In this document: one piece after another, positions 38,161-48,763 of the stretch
Position numbering within the stretch: position 1 is the first letter of the stretch
Layout of the letters: each line of letters begins with the position of its first letter
Assembly (NCBI GenBank): GCA_035938935.1
Contig: DASZGH010000084.1
Location: 10,731-74,730, forward strand
Reading direction: 5' to 3'
DNA from: Solirubrobacteraceae bacterium
Lineage (GTDB): Bacteria; Actinomycetota; Thermoleophilia; Solirubrobacterales; Solirubrobacteraceae
DNA: 64,000 bases
Translations under genes and position numbers: made by a program
Notes under the pieces: generated by a model
What the model was told of the DNA's origin: nothing
What the model saw: the letters and a program-made list of their open reading frames with translations, nothing else
Databases searched by the model: none

Positions 38161-40050
38161 CTACTCCGAGGTTGCCTGGGCCTTAGCAGCCGAACGGCGC
38201 CGTCCGCCTCGACGGCCACGGCGCCGTGCCCGTGATTGTAGGGGATCGCCCGCTGTGGGCGCGGCCTGGACGACCTCGCCGGCCTCGTCGAGCAGCAGCG
38301 CCGTTGCGGCGGTGCGACCGACCGTGTCGATCCTGACCATCCGTTTCTCGCCGACGTGGCCCGCCGCTCCCGCGATCGAGATGATGTAGCCGTCCAGCTT
38401 GGCGACGGCGTCGTCGACGTCGTACATGTGCGGCTCGACGATCTCGACCAGCACCTCGTCGCCCTCGCGGAAGGGCAGCGCCCGTTCTTCGACCTCCTCG
38501 CGCGTACCCTGGAAGGTGATCGCGAAGTGGTCGAGCGTGAGCCCTTCGGAGCCCTCGAAGTGAAACGACTTGCCCGTCTCGGCCTCCAGCGCGTGCAGCA
38601 CCCGCGAGCCCTGGCCGGTGAACTGGGCGGTGACGCGTGGGTTGATCTGCACCAGGAACGCCTCGTCCTCCGGATGCTCGGCCGCGACGTCGCGCAGGCG
38701 ACGCTCGAACTCGATCGCGATCGTCTCCTCCGAGCGAATCACCCCCTCGCCCTCGCAGGTCGGACAGGGTCGGCTCATGATCTCGCGCACGCCCTCGGTG
38801 ACGTTCTGGCGGGTCATCTCGACCAGCCCCAGCCTCGAGATCTCGGCGGTGAAGGTCTTGGTGCGGTCCTCGTCCAAGGCCTTGCGCAGCGTCTTCATGA
38901 CGGCGTCGCGGTTGCGCGCGCGCGCCATGTCGATGAAGTCGATCACGATGATGCCACCGATGTCGCGCAGGCGCAGCTGGTTGACGACCTCACCGGCGGC
39001 CTCGAGATTGGTCTTGGTGATCGTTTCCTCGAGGCCGGTGCCCTTGCCACGCCCTATGAACGAGCCGGAGTTGACGTCGATTACCGTCAGCGCCTCGGCG
39101 TAGTCGATCATCAGGTAGCCGCCGCTGGGCAGGTCCACGCGCCGCGACATCACCCCGGCGATCGCCTCGGTGACCTTGTAGGCGTCCAGCAGCGGCTCCT
39201 TGCCGTCCCACAGCTCCACCCGCTCGACCAGCTCGGGTGCGGTCCGCGCGAAGAACGAGACCAGCCGCTTGTGCTGCCCCTCGTCGTCGACGATCGCTCG
39301 CTCGAAGTGCTCGGAGAAGATGTCGCGCACGACTCGCACCGACAGGTCGGCCTCCTGGAAGACCATTGCCGGCGCCTGCGTGTCCTGCACCCGCTTCATC
39401 AGCACCTCGTGCAGCTTGTGCAGGTAGAGCAGCTCGCGCTCGAAATCCGCGCGCTGCGCCCCGTGCGCGGCGGTGCGCACGATCACGCCGCCGCCGCCGA
39501 TGTCGAGCTTGGCGGTCTGACGGCGCAGGCGCTCGCGCTCTTTGTCCTCCAGCCGCCGCGAGACGCCGACCCCCTCGCCAGAGGGCGCGTAGACCATGTA
39601 GCGACCCGCGATCGTCAGCTCCATCGACAGCCGCGCCCCCTTGGTCTTCAGGGGATCCTTGACGACCTGCACGACGATCTCCTGACCGGGTCCCAGCAGC
39701 TCCGCGATCTTGCGCCCGCCGCCGCGACCGCGCTTGGGCGCCTCGACGCCCGGCAGCACGATCTCATCGACGTGCAGGAACCCGTTCTTCTCCAGGCCGA
39801 TGTCGACGAACGCGGCCTCCAGCCCCGGCAGGACGTTGTCGACCTTGCCCTTGTAGATGTTGCCGACGATCGAGCGCCCGCCGCGGCGCTCGATGTAAAG
39901 CTCAGCTATCCGATAGCCGGCCCCCGGTCGAGCGCTCGTGCGGTTGCGCGAACCGCCGGAGGACTTCGAGGCGCCGGGGGTGCCGGCCGCCTCCAGAAGC
40001 GCCACGCGCGTCTCGGCGCGATCGACGCTGACAAGTACTTGCTTTCTCAA
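38161..40050 (-). CDS. rne: Rne/Rng ribonuclease with C-terminal TRAM-like domain
   Basis: VGNIYKGKV S1 domain, IDVNSG, RLRDIGGIIVIDFIDM, CPTCEGEG; TTG start. Confidence 0.92.
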   Translation of the reverse strand: MRKQVLVSVDRAETRVALLEAAGTPGASKSSGGSRNRTSARPGAGYRIAELYIERRGGRSIVGNIYKGKVDNVLPGLEAAFVDIGLEKNGFLHVDEIVLPGVEAPKRGRGGGRKIAELLGPGQEIVVQVVKDPLKTKGARLSMELTIAGRYMVYAPSGEGVGVSRRLEDKERERLRRQTAKLDIGGGGVIVRTAAHGAQRADFERELLYLHKLHEVLMKRVQDTQAPAMVFQEADLSVRVVRDIFSEHFERAIVDDEGQHKRLVSFFARTAPELVERVELWDGKEPLLDAYKVTEAIAGVMSRRVDLPSGGYLMIDYAEALTVIDVNSGSFIGRGKGTGLEETITKTNLEAAGEVVNQLRLRDIGGIIVIDFIDMARARNRDAVMKTLRKALDEDRTKTFTAEISRLGLVEMTRQNVTEGVREIMSRPCPTCEGEGVIRSEETIAIEFERRLRDVAAEHPEDEAFLVQINPRVTAQFTGQGSRVLHALEAETGKSFHFEGSEGLTLDHFAITFQGTREEVEERALPFREGDEVLVEIVEPHMYDVDDAVAKLDGYIISIAGAAGHVGEKRMVRIDTVGRTAATALLLDEAGEVVQAAPTAGDPLQSRARRRGRRGGRRRSAAKAQATSE

Positions 40051-40169
40051 TTTGATCCAGTCTTTCGGTGTGTGCGCCGGCTCGATCCCGCGCGGGCGCG
40101 CGCAGGACCGTGGCGGTCGCGGGCGCATCCAGGGCTGGTTGTGTGGGGATCTGGGCGGGCATTGTCTGT

Positions 40170-41372
40170 CTAGTAGCGGAGCACGCGGCCCTTCTCGGCA
40201 CGCGAGGCGCCTGCCTGGACGTAGATCGATTGCAGCAGACCCACGGCCAGGAGCGTCGTTATCACCGACGATCCGCCGTAGCTCATGAGCGGCAGGGTTA
40301 CGCCGGTGATGGGCATTATCCCAATCGACATCCCTACGTTCACGAACACCTGGAACATCAGCATAGCCACGACGCCGCCGGCAACCAGCGATCCGAACAG
40401 GTTCTTGGACATTGTCAGGATGCGAAGCGTGCGCCAGATCAGCAGCGCGTAGAGGGACAGGACGAGAGCGGCCCCGACGAACCCGTACTGCTCGCCGACC
40501 GCGGCGAAGATGAAGTCGGTGTGGTTCTCGGGCACGAAGTTGAGCTTGGTCTGGGTGGCGCTTTCGCCGCGGCCGGTCTTCTGACCTGCGCCGATCGCCA
40601 CCTTCGACTCCTCCTGCTGATATCCCTGCTTCTCGGGGTTGCTGGAGGGATGAAGGAAAGCCGTCAGGCGTTCTTCCTGGAAGGGTTTGAGCACGTGAAC
40701 GCCCGCCGCCGGGGCGGCCACGAACACGAACATGGCGGCTATCACCACAAGCGCGATCAGCCCCGCCAGCTGCCGCCAGGACGTCCCCGCCACAAACAGC
40801 AGCGTGAAGGCGATCACCATGTAGACCATCCCAGAGCCGAGGTCGGGCTGGGCGATCACGAACAGCGCCGGGACCGCGGCGGCGGCGATCACCCGCGCCG
40901 TCGTTCCCACTTGGCGCAACTGCCGGGAGCGCGCGACCAGGAGCGCCGACAGCGCGAGGATTAGCAGCACCTTTCCGATCTCAGAGGCCTGGAAGGAGAA
41001 CAGCGGGAAGTTGATCGCCCGCTGCGCCCCGTTCGCCGAATGCCCGAGCGCGAGCACCGCGAGGATGCTCACCACCAGCGCCGCATACACGCCATAAGCC
41101 ACGTGGCGAAAGCGCGAGTAGTCTATCCGCGAGAGCGCCACCATCAGGGCGAGCCCAACGATCAGGTAGACCGCCTGGCGGTCGACGTAGTAGCGCGGCT
41201 GACCCGCGATCAGGTGCTGTGTCGCAGCCCGCAGGGTCAGCAGCGAGCAGAGCCCGAGACCCAGCGCGGCGAGCGTGAGCAGCGGGTCCAACGGCAGGCG
41301 CAGCGTGTGTGTGCGCGGCAGCGCGACTTCGGCTGGCGCGGCGATCGGGCTGGCGGCGGGCGGCGGACTCAT
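40170..41372 (-). CDS. rodA: Rod shape-determining protein RodA
   Basis: FQASEIGK, QPDLGS, PENHTDFIF, LPLMSYGGSS. Confidence 0.93.
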   Translation of the reverse strand: MSPPPAASPIAAPAEVALPRTHTLRLPLDPLLTLAALGLGLCSLLTLRAATQHLIAGQPRYYVDRQAVYLIVGLALMVALSRIDYSRFRHVAYGVYAALVVSILAVLALGHSANGAQRAINFPLFSFQASEIGKVLLILALSALLVARSRQLRQVGTTARVIAAAAVPALFVIAQPDLGSGMVYMVIAFTLLFVAGTSWRQLAGLIALVVIAAMFVFVAAPAAGVHVLKPFQEERLTAFLHPSSNPEKQGYQQEESKVAIGAGQKTGRGESATQTKLNFVPENHTDFIFAAVGEQYGFVGAALVLSLYALLIWRTLRILTMSKNLFGSLVAGGVVAMLMFQVFVNVGMSIGIMPITGVTLPLMSYGGSSVITTLLAVGLLQSIYVQAGASRAEKGRVLRY

Positions 41373-41512
41373 GCACTCGTGGAGTCGATGGCGGAAGCGG
41401 GTGAGACCATCGGGGTCACGCGCCCTGCGGAGTTGATTGGGGCGCGAGTCGGAACGGCCGGCTCATGCGCTCGAGGAGTCGATGGGTATGCGGGTCGGAT
41501 CGGCGGGCTCAT
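41369..41512 (-). CDS. Possible 47-aa bridging ORF between mrdA and rodA
   Basis: ATGA overlap with mrdA stop and ATGA overlap with rodA start; low complexity. Confidence 0.3.
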   Translation of the reverse strand: MSPPIRPAYPSTPRAHEPAVPTRAPINSAGRVTPMVSPASAIDSTSA

Positions 41513-43683
41513 CTGGTCTTCGAGCTCCCTGCCACGTACTTCTCGGCCTGCCCGTACCACTTGGCGGCGATCAGGCGGGTTATGGGCGCAGCCGTTTCGG
41601 CGCCGAAGCCGCCCTGCTCAACGGTCGTGGCGATCACGATCGGGCGCGCGGAGTCGCCGATGTAGCACATGTACCACGACTGGTCTTCCTTGCCGTCGTG
41701 CTGGGCGGTGCCGGTCTTACCGAATACCGGATGGGCGGTCTGGTTCCAGCCGGCCCACACATCTGCGGAGGTGCCGCCGGGCTGCGAGGCCGCCTCGTGG
41801 ATACCCTGCATCACCAGCGAGAGGTCTTCGTGGTTGAGGTTTACGCGGCGCAGCGGCGGGAAGCTGAGCGCCTGCACGAGCGCGCCATTTGCGTCGTCGA
41901 TCTCCAGTCCCAGATGCGGGCGTGGGACCCAGCCGTGGCCTTCGTTCATGTAGGCGTTGGCGAGCGCCGAATAGGCCACCGCCATCTGTAGCGGATCGGT
42001 CAGCAGGTCGCCCTGGCCGACCGCCATCTGCATGTTGTAGCCGACGGTCCAGGGCGCCCCCGGTTCGGCCAACAGGTGGCAGGAGTGGCCTTTGCGGATG
42101 CACTCGGTTTCCAGGCGGTTTTGCCGCGCAAGCCACTGCCGGTCGGGGACGACGCCGGCGAATTCTTCTGGAAGGTCGATTTCCGAAGGGCTACCGACTC
42201 CGAGTTCGCGCGCCTTATTCTGGATGACGTTGCCGTGGCTGTTGGCGCGCTCGCCGACTTCGAAGAAGTAGGTGTCCGAGGACACCTTCAGCGCTTCCAC
42301 CAGCGCCATCGCCGGCAGCGCCGCCTTCCCGGCGTTGCAGAAGGGCTCCCCGCCGACGTTGATGCAGGGCCCCGGCCCGAACACTTCGTTGGGTGTGATC
42401 ACTCCCGCTTCCAGCGCCGCCATCGCGGTGATCGGCTTGAACGTCGAGCCGGTCGGGTACTGGCCGTCCACCGCTCTGTCGGTCAGGGCGCCGGCGCCTT
42501 CGATCAGCGACTTGTACTGCTGCTCGGTCAGCGGTTTGGCGAACTGGTTGGGGTTGAAGCTCGGGTAGGAGCCGATCGCGAGGATCTGCCCGCTGCGCGG
42601 TTCCATCGCCACGAACGCGCCTGCGTTGGCCGCCTTGCCACCGGCCTGCGCTTGGGCGATGCCTTCGCGTAGCGCCTTTTCGGCCTCCCGCTCGAGCCCG
42701 AGGTCGAGCGACAGGCGCAGGCTGTGCCCGGCCAGCGGTTCGGTCGCCGGCAGCGCGGTGGGAATCGGTTCGCCAGCGGCGTTGACCTGCACGTGCTGGG
42801 CTCCCGGCGTGCCTCGCAGGTAGCGGTCGTAGTAGTACTCGAGTCCCTCCTGGCCGACGACGGTCCCCTGCTGGACGCCGCGGAAGGCGGGCGTTTTCAG
42901 CTCTTTTTCTGAGACCTGCCCGACGTGCCCGAGCACCTGCGCGGCCATTTCGCCGTAGCGATAGTTTCTGATCGCGACCGGTTCCTGGCGGACTCCTGGA
43001 AATTCGTTGCTGCGCTCCGAGAGTACCGTCAAAGCGGCGCGGCCGGCGTCTTCCTTGATCGTGACCGGCGCGTAGGGAAGCTTGGTGATGCCGGCGATCA
43101 GGCGTTCGTCGATCAGCCGCGGGCTCAGCCGTATCACGGGGGCCAGGCGGTCGAATAGGTGCTGCGTGCTCGTCGCCGAGGCCGGCAGCGACGGGATCGG
43201 GACAAAGCGCAGGTGCGCCGCCTGGCCGCGGAGCGCGTGCAGCTCGGCGCGCTGCGCCCTCGTGATCGTCGGGCGGCCGCTGAGCTGGCTCTCGAATGCC
43301 TTCACGCGTTCGTGCGCTTCGGCGTATTCGTCCTGCGCCTTGGTCAGTGCTTCCTGATAGGAGGCCGCCTGTTCTCGAACCGCCGGCGGCAGCGAGCTGG
43401 GGATCAGCTGCACCGCGTTGGTCGTCAAGCTGGTGACGATCGGCCGGCCCGAGCGGTCGAGGATTTCTCCGCGCGGGGCCGGGATCGCAAGCACGCGCTG
43501 ATCGTTGACCTTGGCCTGGTGGACGTACTGTTCGCCGGTCAGGATCTGCAGGTACCAGAGCCGGAAGAAGATGATCGCGAACATCGCCAGCGCAAAGCTG
43601 CCGAGGATCGCGACGCGCAGCCCGAGCTGCGGCGGGAGCTGCCCGCGCGGCTCGCTCGGCTGCAGCCGCTCGATCGTGCTCAT
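41509..43683 (-). CDS. mrdA: Penicillin-binding protein 2
   Basis: APRGEILDR, GSTFKP (SxxK), SSD, GKTGT. Confidence 0.93.
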   Translation of the reverse strand: MSTIERLQPSEPRGQLPPQLGLRVAILGSFALAMFAIIFFRLWYLQILTGEQYVHQAKVNDQRVLAIPAPRGEILDRSGRPIVTSLTTNAVQLIPSSLPPAVREQAASYQEALTKAQDEYAEAHERVKAFESQLSGRPTITRAQRAELHALRGQAAHLRFVPIPSLPASATSTQHLFDRLAPVIRLSPRLIDERLIAGITKLPYAPVTIKEDAGRAALTVLSERSNEFPGVRQEPVAIRNYRYGEMAAQVLGHVGQVSEKELKTPAFRGVQQGTVVGQEGLEYYYDRYLRGTPGAQHVQVNAAGEPIPTALPATEPLAGHSLRLSLDLGLEREAEKALREGIAQAQAGGKAANAGAFVAMEPRSGQILAIGSYPSFNPNQFAKPLTEQQYKSLIEGAGALTDRAVDGQYPTGSTFKPITAMAALEAGVITPNEVFGPGPCINVGGEPFCNAGKAALPAMALVEALKVSSDTYFFEVGERANSHGNVIQNKARELGVGSPSEIDLPEEFAGVVPDRQWLARQNRLETECIRKGHSCHLLAEPGAPWTVGYNMQMAVGQGDLLTDPLQMAVAYSALANAYMNEGHGWVPRPHLGLEIDDANGALVQALSFPPLRRVNLNHEDLSLVMQGIHEAASQPGGTSADVWAGWNQTAHPVFGKTGTAQHDGKEDQSWYMCYIGDSARPIVIATTVEQGGFGAETAAPITRLIAAKWYGQAEKYVAGSSKTR

Positions 43684-44411
43684 CGCTCTCGCTCCGAGGC
43701 GCGCGTGAGCAGCCGCGAGCCAGAGGCCTTGGCGCGCGCAGAGCGTGAGCCGCTGCCCGTACTGCGCCCGCCGCCGCGCCCACCCCGGCTCGACGTCCGC
43801 GAAATCGGACTGAGCCCGCCGGTCGTATAGGCGCGCCGGCGCCGGCGGCGCGGGTCTTCGGACAGGCCGCCGATCAGGCAGCGGCGCACGAGCGCCCACA
43901 TCGGCAGCGCCAGCACGGCGTCGATCAGAACACCGATCACGATCTCACGCAGCAGCTCCAGGCTGACCGGCGCGTCAACGCCGAGTAGGAACTCGATCAG
44001 CGAATAGCCCACCATCGCACACGCCGCCGCGGCGGTGCCGACCAGCAGCGGCGTCAGCGCCGCCTGCGGGTCGCGCAGCTCGCGCAGCCTGCCAGCGCCG
44101 TAGCCGATCAGCGTGAACGTCAGCGAGGTGATCCCGAGCGTCTGCACCAGCGAGAGGTCGAGCAGCAGCCCGACCGCAAAGCCGGCGACCGCACCCACCA
44201 GCGAGCCACACAAAAGGCCCGTGAAGGCGACCAGCAGCGGCGAGAGGTCGACGCTGACGCCGAACACCGGCACCTCGGAGACGACGCCGATCTGCACGAA
44301 CACGACCACCACCGAGAGCACCGCCACGCGCCACAGCAGCGATCCGGGCAGCCAGGCGGCGCCAACCTGGGTGGCCGAGTCAAGCGTCGAGCGGGCCGGC
44401 GTCGCGCTCAT
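43680..44411 (-). CDS. mreD: Rod shape-determining protein MreD
   Basis: Multi-TM protein between mreC and mrdA. Confidence 0.85.
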   Translation of the reverse strand: MSATPARSTLDSATQVGAAWLPGSLLWRVAVLSVVVVFVQIGVVSEVPVFGVSVDLSPLLVAFTGLLCGSLVGAVAGFAVGLLLDLSLVQTLGITSLTFTLIGYGAGRLRELRDPQAALTPLLVGTAAAACAMVGYSLIEFLLGVDAPVSLELLREIVIGVLIDAVLALPMWALVRRCLIGGLSEDPRRRRRRAYTTGGLSPISRTSSRGGRGGGRSTGSGSRSARAKASGSRLLTRASERER

Positions 44412-45367
44412 CCGCTCGCTTCGGTCAAGGACACCTGCCCCCCACCGCCTTCTTCTTGTTCGCCGCCGCCTTCACGCGGGGCGAGGCTCGCGGCCGTGGC
44501 GCCGAGCGCGGCCGCGCGCGAGCCTGGCGGGGCTGTCAGCACTTGGACCACGTCCAGGTTGCGCAAATCCGCCAAAGGCGAGACGTTGACCGTACGGTAG
44601 GCGGACTGTTCGTTTTCGGAGGTGACCGTTCCGATCGGTATCCCCCTCGGGTACAGCGATTCGCCGCCGGCAACGACGGTGCCGGAGGTGACCACGTAGT
44701 CCCCCCGCGGCACCCGAGTGGGCGAGGAGAGAAAACGCATCAGCAGATGGCCCGGTTCGCCCACCTGCGGCTGCAACATCCCGACCGTCCCGGTGGTGCC
44801 AACGATCGCGCTGACTTCGACCGCGCTGTCGGTGATCAGACTGACAACCGCTCCGTCGGAGACGACGCGGGTGACCTTGCCGATCAGCCCTTCGCCGTCG
44901 ATCACCGGATCGTTCACGCGCACCCCGGCCGCAGAGCCGGCATCGATGCCGATCGTCGAATACCACACGTTCGGGGACTGGTAGACGACGGTCGCGCTGA
45001 CGGGTTTGTAGTCGGCGATGCCGAGGGTCTGGTCGAGGTGGTAGAGGTGGATCAGTTTGAAGTAGGTGCGCTGGTCGAGCTGGCGTTCGGTCAGCTGCCG
45101 GCGAGCGATCGCCAGCTGCTTTCGCAGCTGCTTGTTCTGGCTCTTGGCGTCAAGCGTGCTGCCAAACCAGCCGAACAGGTCGCGCACGGGCTTCAGCGCC
45201 TTGTTGGCGCCGTCCTGGATCGGCGAGACCACCGTCAGGAAGCCGTTCTGCAGCGAGTGCAACCCGCCGCTGGAGGCCTCGCCGAAGTAGGCGGTCAGGA
45301 GTATCAGCGAGAGCGCGACGAGCAGTGCGAGCACCGCGCGCCTGCGCCGGACCGTCTTGTCATACAC
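44408..45367 (-). CDS. mreC: Rod shape-determining protein MreC
   Basis: TM, coiled coil, GLIGKV, VVTSG, YPRGIPIG; GTG start at 45367. Confidence 0.9.
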   Translation of the reverse strand: MYDKTVRRRRAVLALLVALSLILLTAYFGEASSGGLHSLQNGFLTVVSPIQDGANKALKPVRDLFGWFGSTLDAKSQNKQLRKQLAIARRQLTERQLDQRTYFKLIHLYHLDQTLGIADYKPVSATVVYQSPNVWYSTIGIDAGSAAGVRVNDPVIDGEGLIGKVTRVVSDGAVVSLITDSAVEVSAIVGTTGTVGMLQPQVGEPGHLLMRFLSSPTRVPRGDYVVTSGTVVAGGESLYPRGIPIGTVTSENEQSAYRTVNVSPLADLRNLDVVQVLTAPPGSRAAALGATAASLAPREGGGEQEEGGGGQVSLTEASG

Positions 45368-45447
45368 CAGTAGCGACCTTCCGAAGTCTTGGCCTTTCAG
45401 GTTACTTGCGGGCCACGCCGGCTTGTGCCGGAGCGAGCGCCGCCGCG

Positions 45448-46596
<1,149 letters not shown>

Positions 46597-47157
46597 TTAG
46601 ATCAGGTCCGGGCGGAGATCGAGCAGCGTCGCGAGCGGCAGGCCGACAACGTTCTCGTAGTCGCCGACGATCTCGCGCACAAGCGCCGCCCCGGCACCCT
46701 GGATCGCGTAGCCGCCGGCCCGCTCGCGCCACTCGCCGCCGGCCACGTACCAGTCGATCATGCCCGGCGTCAGCTCGCGAAAACTCACTCTCGTGCACGC
46801 CACGGCCGTGCGCTCATCAGCGCCGTCCAGCAGCGCCAGCCCGCTCACGACAGTGTGCGTCGCCCCGCCAAGCGCCTGCAGCGTCTCACGCGCCTCACGC
46901 TCGCCAGCCGGCTTGCCGTAGATGCGGCCGTCCAACTCGACCAGCGTGTCCACTCCCAGCACCAATGCTTCGCAATGAGAGTCACGGACGGCGCGCGCCT
47001 TACGCAACGCGTTCCCGACCGCCACCGCCGCCGGCTCACCCTCGACCAGCTCGGGCACGCCGCTCGGCCGAACCTCGAAGGCGATACCTAGGCGCGCCAA
47101 GATCGCCCGGCGCTGCGGCGAGGCCGAGGCCAGGACGAGCGGCGGGCGCTCGCTCAC
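46597..47157 (-). CDS. maf: Maf nucleotide pyrophosphatase
   Basis: LASASPQRR, GVDTLV, GKP, AGGYAIQG, NVVGLP. Confidence 0.92.
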   Translation of the reverse strand: MSERPPLVLASASPQRRAILARLGIAFEVRPSGVPELVEGEPAAVAVGNALRKARAVRDSHCEALVLGVDTLVELDGRIYGKPAGEREARETLQALGGATHTVVSGLALLDGADERTAVACTRVSFRELTPGMIDWYVAGGEWRERAGGYAIQGAGAALVREIVGDYENVVGLPLATLLDLRPDLI

Positions 47158-47164
47158 GGCTCGC

Positions 47165-47572
47165 TCAGGCCAGCTCGGGGAAGAACAGCGCCACCTCGCG
47201 CGCCGCGGACTCCGCCGAGTCCGAGCCATGCACCATGTTCTGCCCCATCTCGATCGCGAAGTCGCCGCGAATCGAGCCGGGAACGGCCTCCAGCGGATTG
47301 GTCGCGCCGATCACCTGGCGCGCGGCCTTGACCGCGTCGGCGCCCTCCAGCACCATCGCCACGATCGGCCCGGAGGTGATGAACTGCACCAGCTCGCCGA
47401 AGAACGGCTTGGAGGCGTGCTCTGCGTAGTGGCGCTCGGCCAGCTCGACGGAGACCGTCATGTGGCGCAGAGCGACGACCCGCAGCCCCTTGCGCTCGAA
47501 GCGGGCGATTATCTCGCCCGTCAGCGAGCGGGCGAAGGCGTCGGGCTTGACGAGGATCAGCGTGCGGTCCAT
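47165..47572 (-). CDS. ndk: Nucleoside-diphosphate kinase
   Basis: [22 protein letters not shown]. Confidence 0.96.
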   Translation of the reverse strand: MDRTLILVKPDAFARSLTGEIIARFERKGLRVVALRHMTVSVELAERHYAEHASKPFFGELVQFITSGPIVAMVLEGADAVKAARQVIGATNPLEAVPGSIRGDFAIEMGQNMVHGSDSAESAAREVALFFPELA

Positions 47573-47636
47573 GCGCGTCCTTTGCGTTGGGTGATTGGAG
47601 AGTTCCGGCGAGCGCGGGAGAGTTCCGGCGCCGGCG

Positions 47637-48446
47637 TCAGTCGTTGGCGCCCGGGCGCGAGCGTCGCCGCTTGGGCGGCTCGGGCAGCGACTCGGGCTTG
47701 CCGTTCTGCTGAGCGCTCGTCGCCGGATCGGCCTCTGCCTCGCTCGCGGCCACCTGCTGTGGCGTCGTCTGCTCGGCCAGCAGCGAGGTGGCCTCGGGGG
47801 CGCTGGCCGATCGACGATCCCGTCGATCGACGATCGGTGCGCCGGCGCCGGCGCGGCGGCGCGTGGGCCGCTCGATCTCGATCGGCTCGACCTCGAGTTC
47901 GGTCGTCTCAGCCGGCTCCCGGATCGAACGCGAAGGCGGCTTAGAGGAGCGCCCGGTCGAGGCCTCCCGTTCCAGCCTGGATCGGCGCGCGGGCTTGGCC
48001 GCGGGCACCTCGGTCTCGCAGTAGGGGCAGATCGTCCAGGCGCGGTCAAGCGGGCGCGAGCAGTTGCTGCAGCGCTCCTTGAGCTTGCGCAGGCAGCTTG
48101 GACAGCGGACGAAGTCGCGCTCGATGCGGTAGTCGCAGTGCGGGCAGAGGCTGTGGTCGATCTCGTGCAGGCGAGCTTCGGCGGCCTGCAGATCGAGTTC
48201 GCGCTCGCGCACGTCCTCCAGGTACTCGGGCGGGCGAAGGATCATGTAGACGATCGTGCCCACGAACGGGAACAGCGAGGCGGCGGTGGCGCAGGCGATC
48301 AGCATCGGGTCGGCGATCCGCCGGCGCGCGTCGGCGTAGGTCCAGTAGACGAGCGAGCCGTACAGGACGACCAGGAACAGGATCAGCAGGTCGATCGCCA
48401 GGCTGAGGCCGCTGCTTTCGATTCCGAAGTATGCGATCGGTGGCAT
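47637..48446 (-). CDS. Membrane protein with double zinc ribbon and disordered tail
   Basis: Two TMs, CPHC/CPSC/CSNC/CPYC. Confidence 0.8.
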   Translation of the reverse strand: MPPIAYFGIESSGLSLAIDLLILFLVVLYGSLVYWTYADARRRIADPMLIACATAASLFPFVGTIVYMILRPPEYLEDVRERELDLQAAEARLHEIDHSLCPHCDYRIERDFVRCPSCLRKLKERCSNCSRPLDRAWTICPYCETEVPAAKPARRSRLEREASTGRSSKPPSRSIREPAETTELEVEPIEIERPTRRRAGAGAPIVDRRDRRSASAPEATSLLAEQTTPQQVAASEAEADPATSAQQNGKPESLPEPPKRRRSRPGAND

Positions 48447-48646
48447 TGTTGGTGGCTAGCGAGTAGAGCGGCCGCGCTTACCGGCCGGTGCTCCCGGCCG
48501 TGTGCAATTTGATACCAGACCCGGCATCGAGCGCACGAGTTTAGTCGCTCGCACGCAGTTATCGTGATTCTGCCCCGCCGCCGCGGTTCCTGCCGGCGAT
48601 GCGCGGACGGGGTCGGCAGGCGGGCGAGCCCTCACACAGGGTCCTC

Positions 48647-48763
48647 TCACAGGAACAGGCGACCGAAGCCGTAGCCGGCCGCAAAGAAGACCAGGATCAC
48701 CAACGCCACGAACAGCGCCACGGCGCCGACCATCGCCAAGACAGAGGGGCCGTCGTCGTTCAT
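48647..48763 (-). CDS. 38-aa single-TM small protein (below ORF-track cut-off)
   Basis: MNDDGPSVLAMVGAVALFVALVILVFFAAGYGFGRLFL*; ATGA overlap with folC stop. Confidence 0.6.
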   Translation of the reverse strand: MNDDGPSVLAMVGAVALFVALVILVFFAAGYGFGRLFL

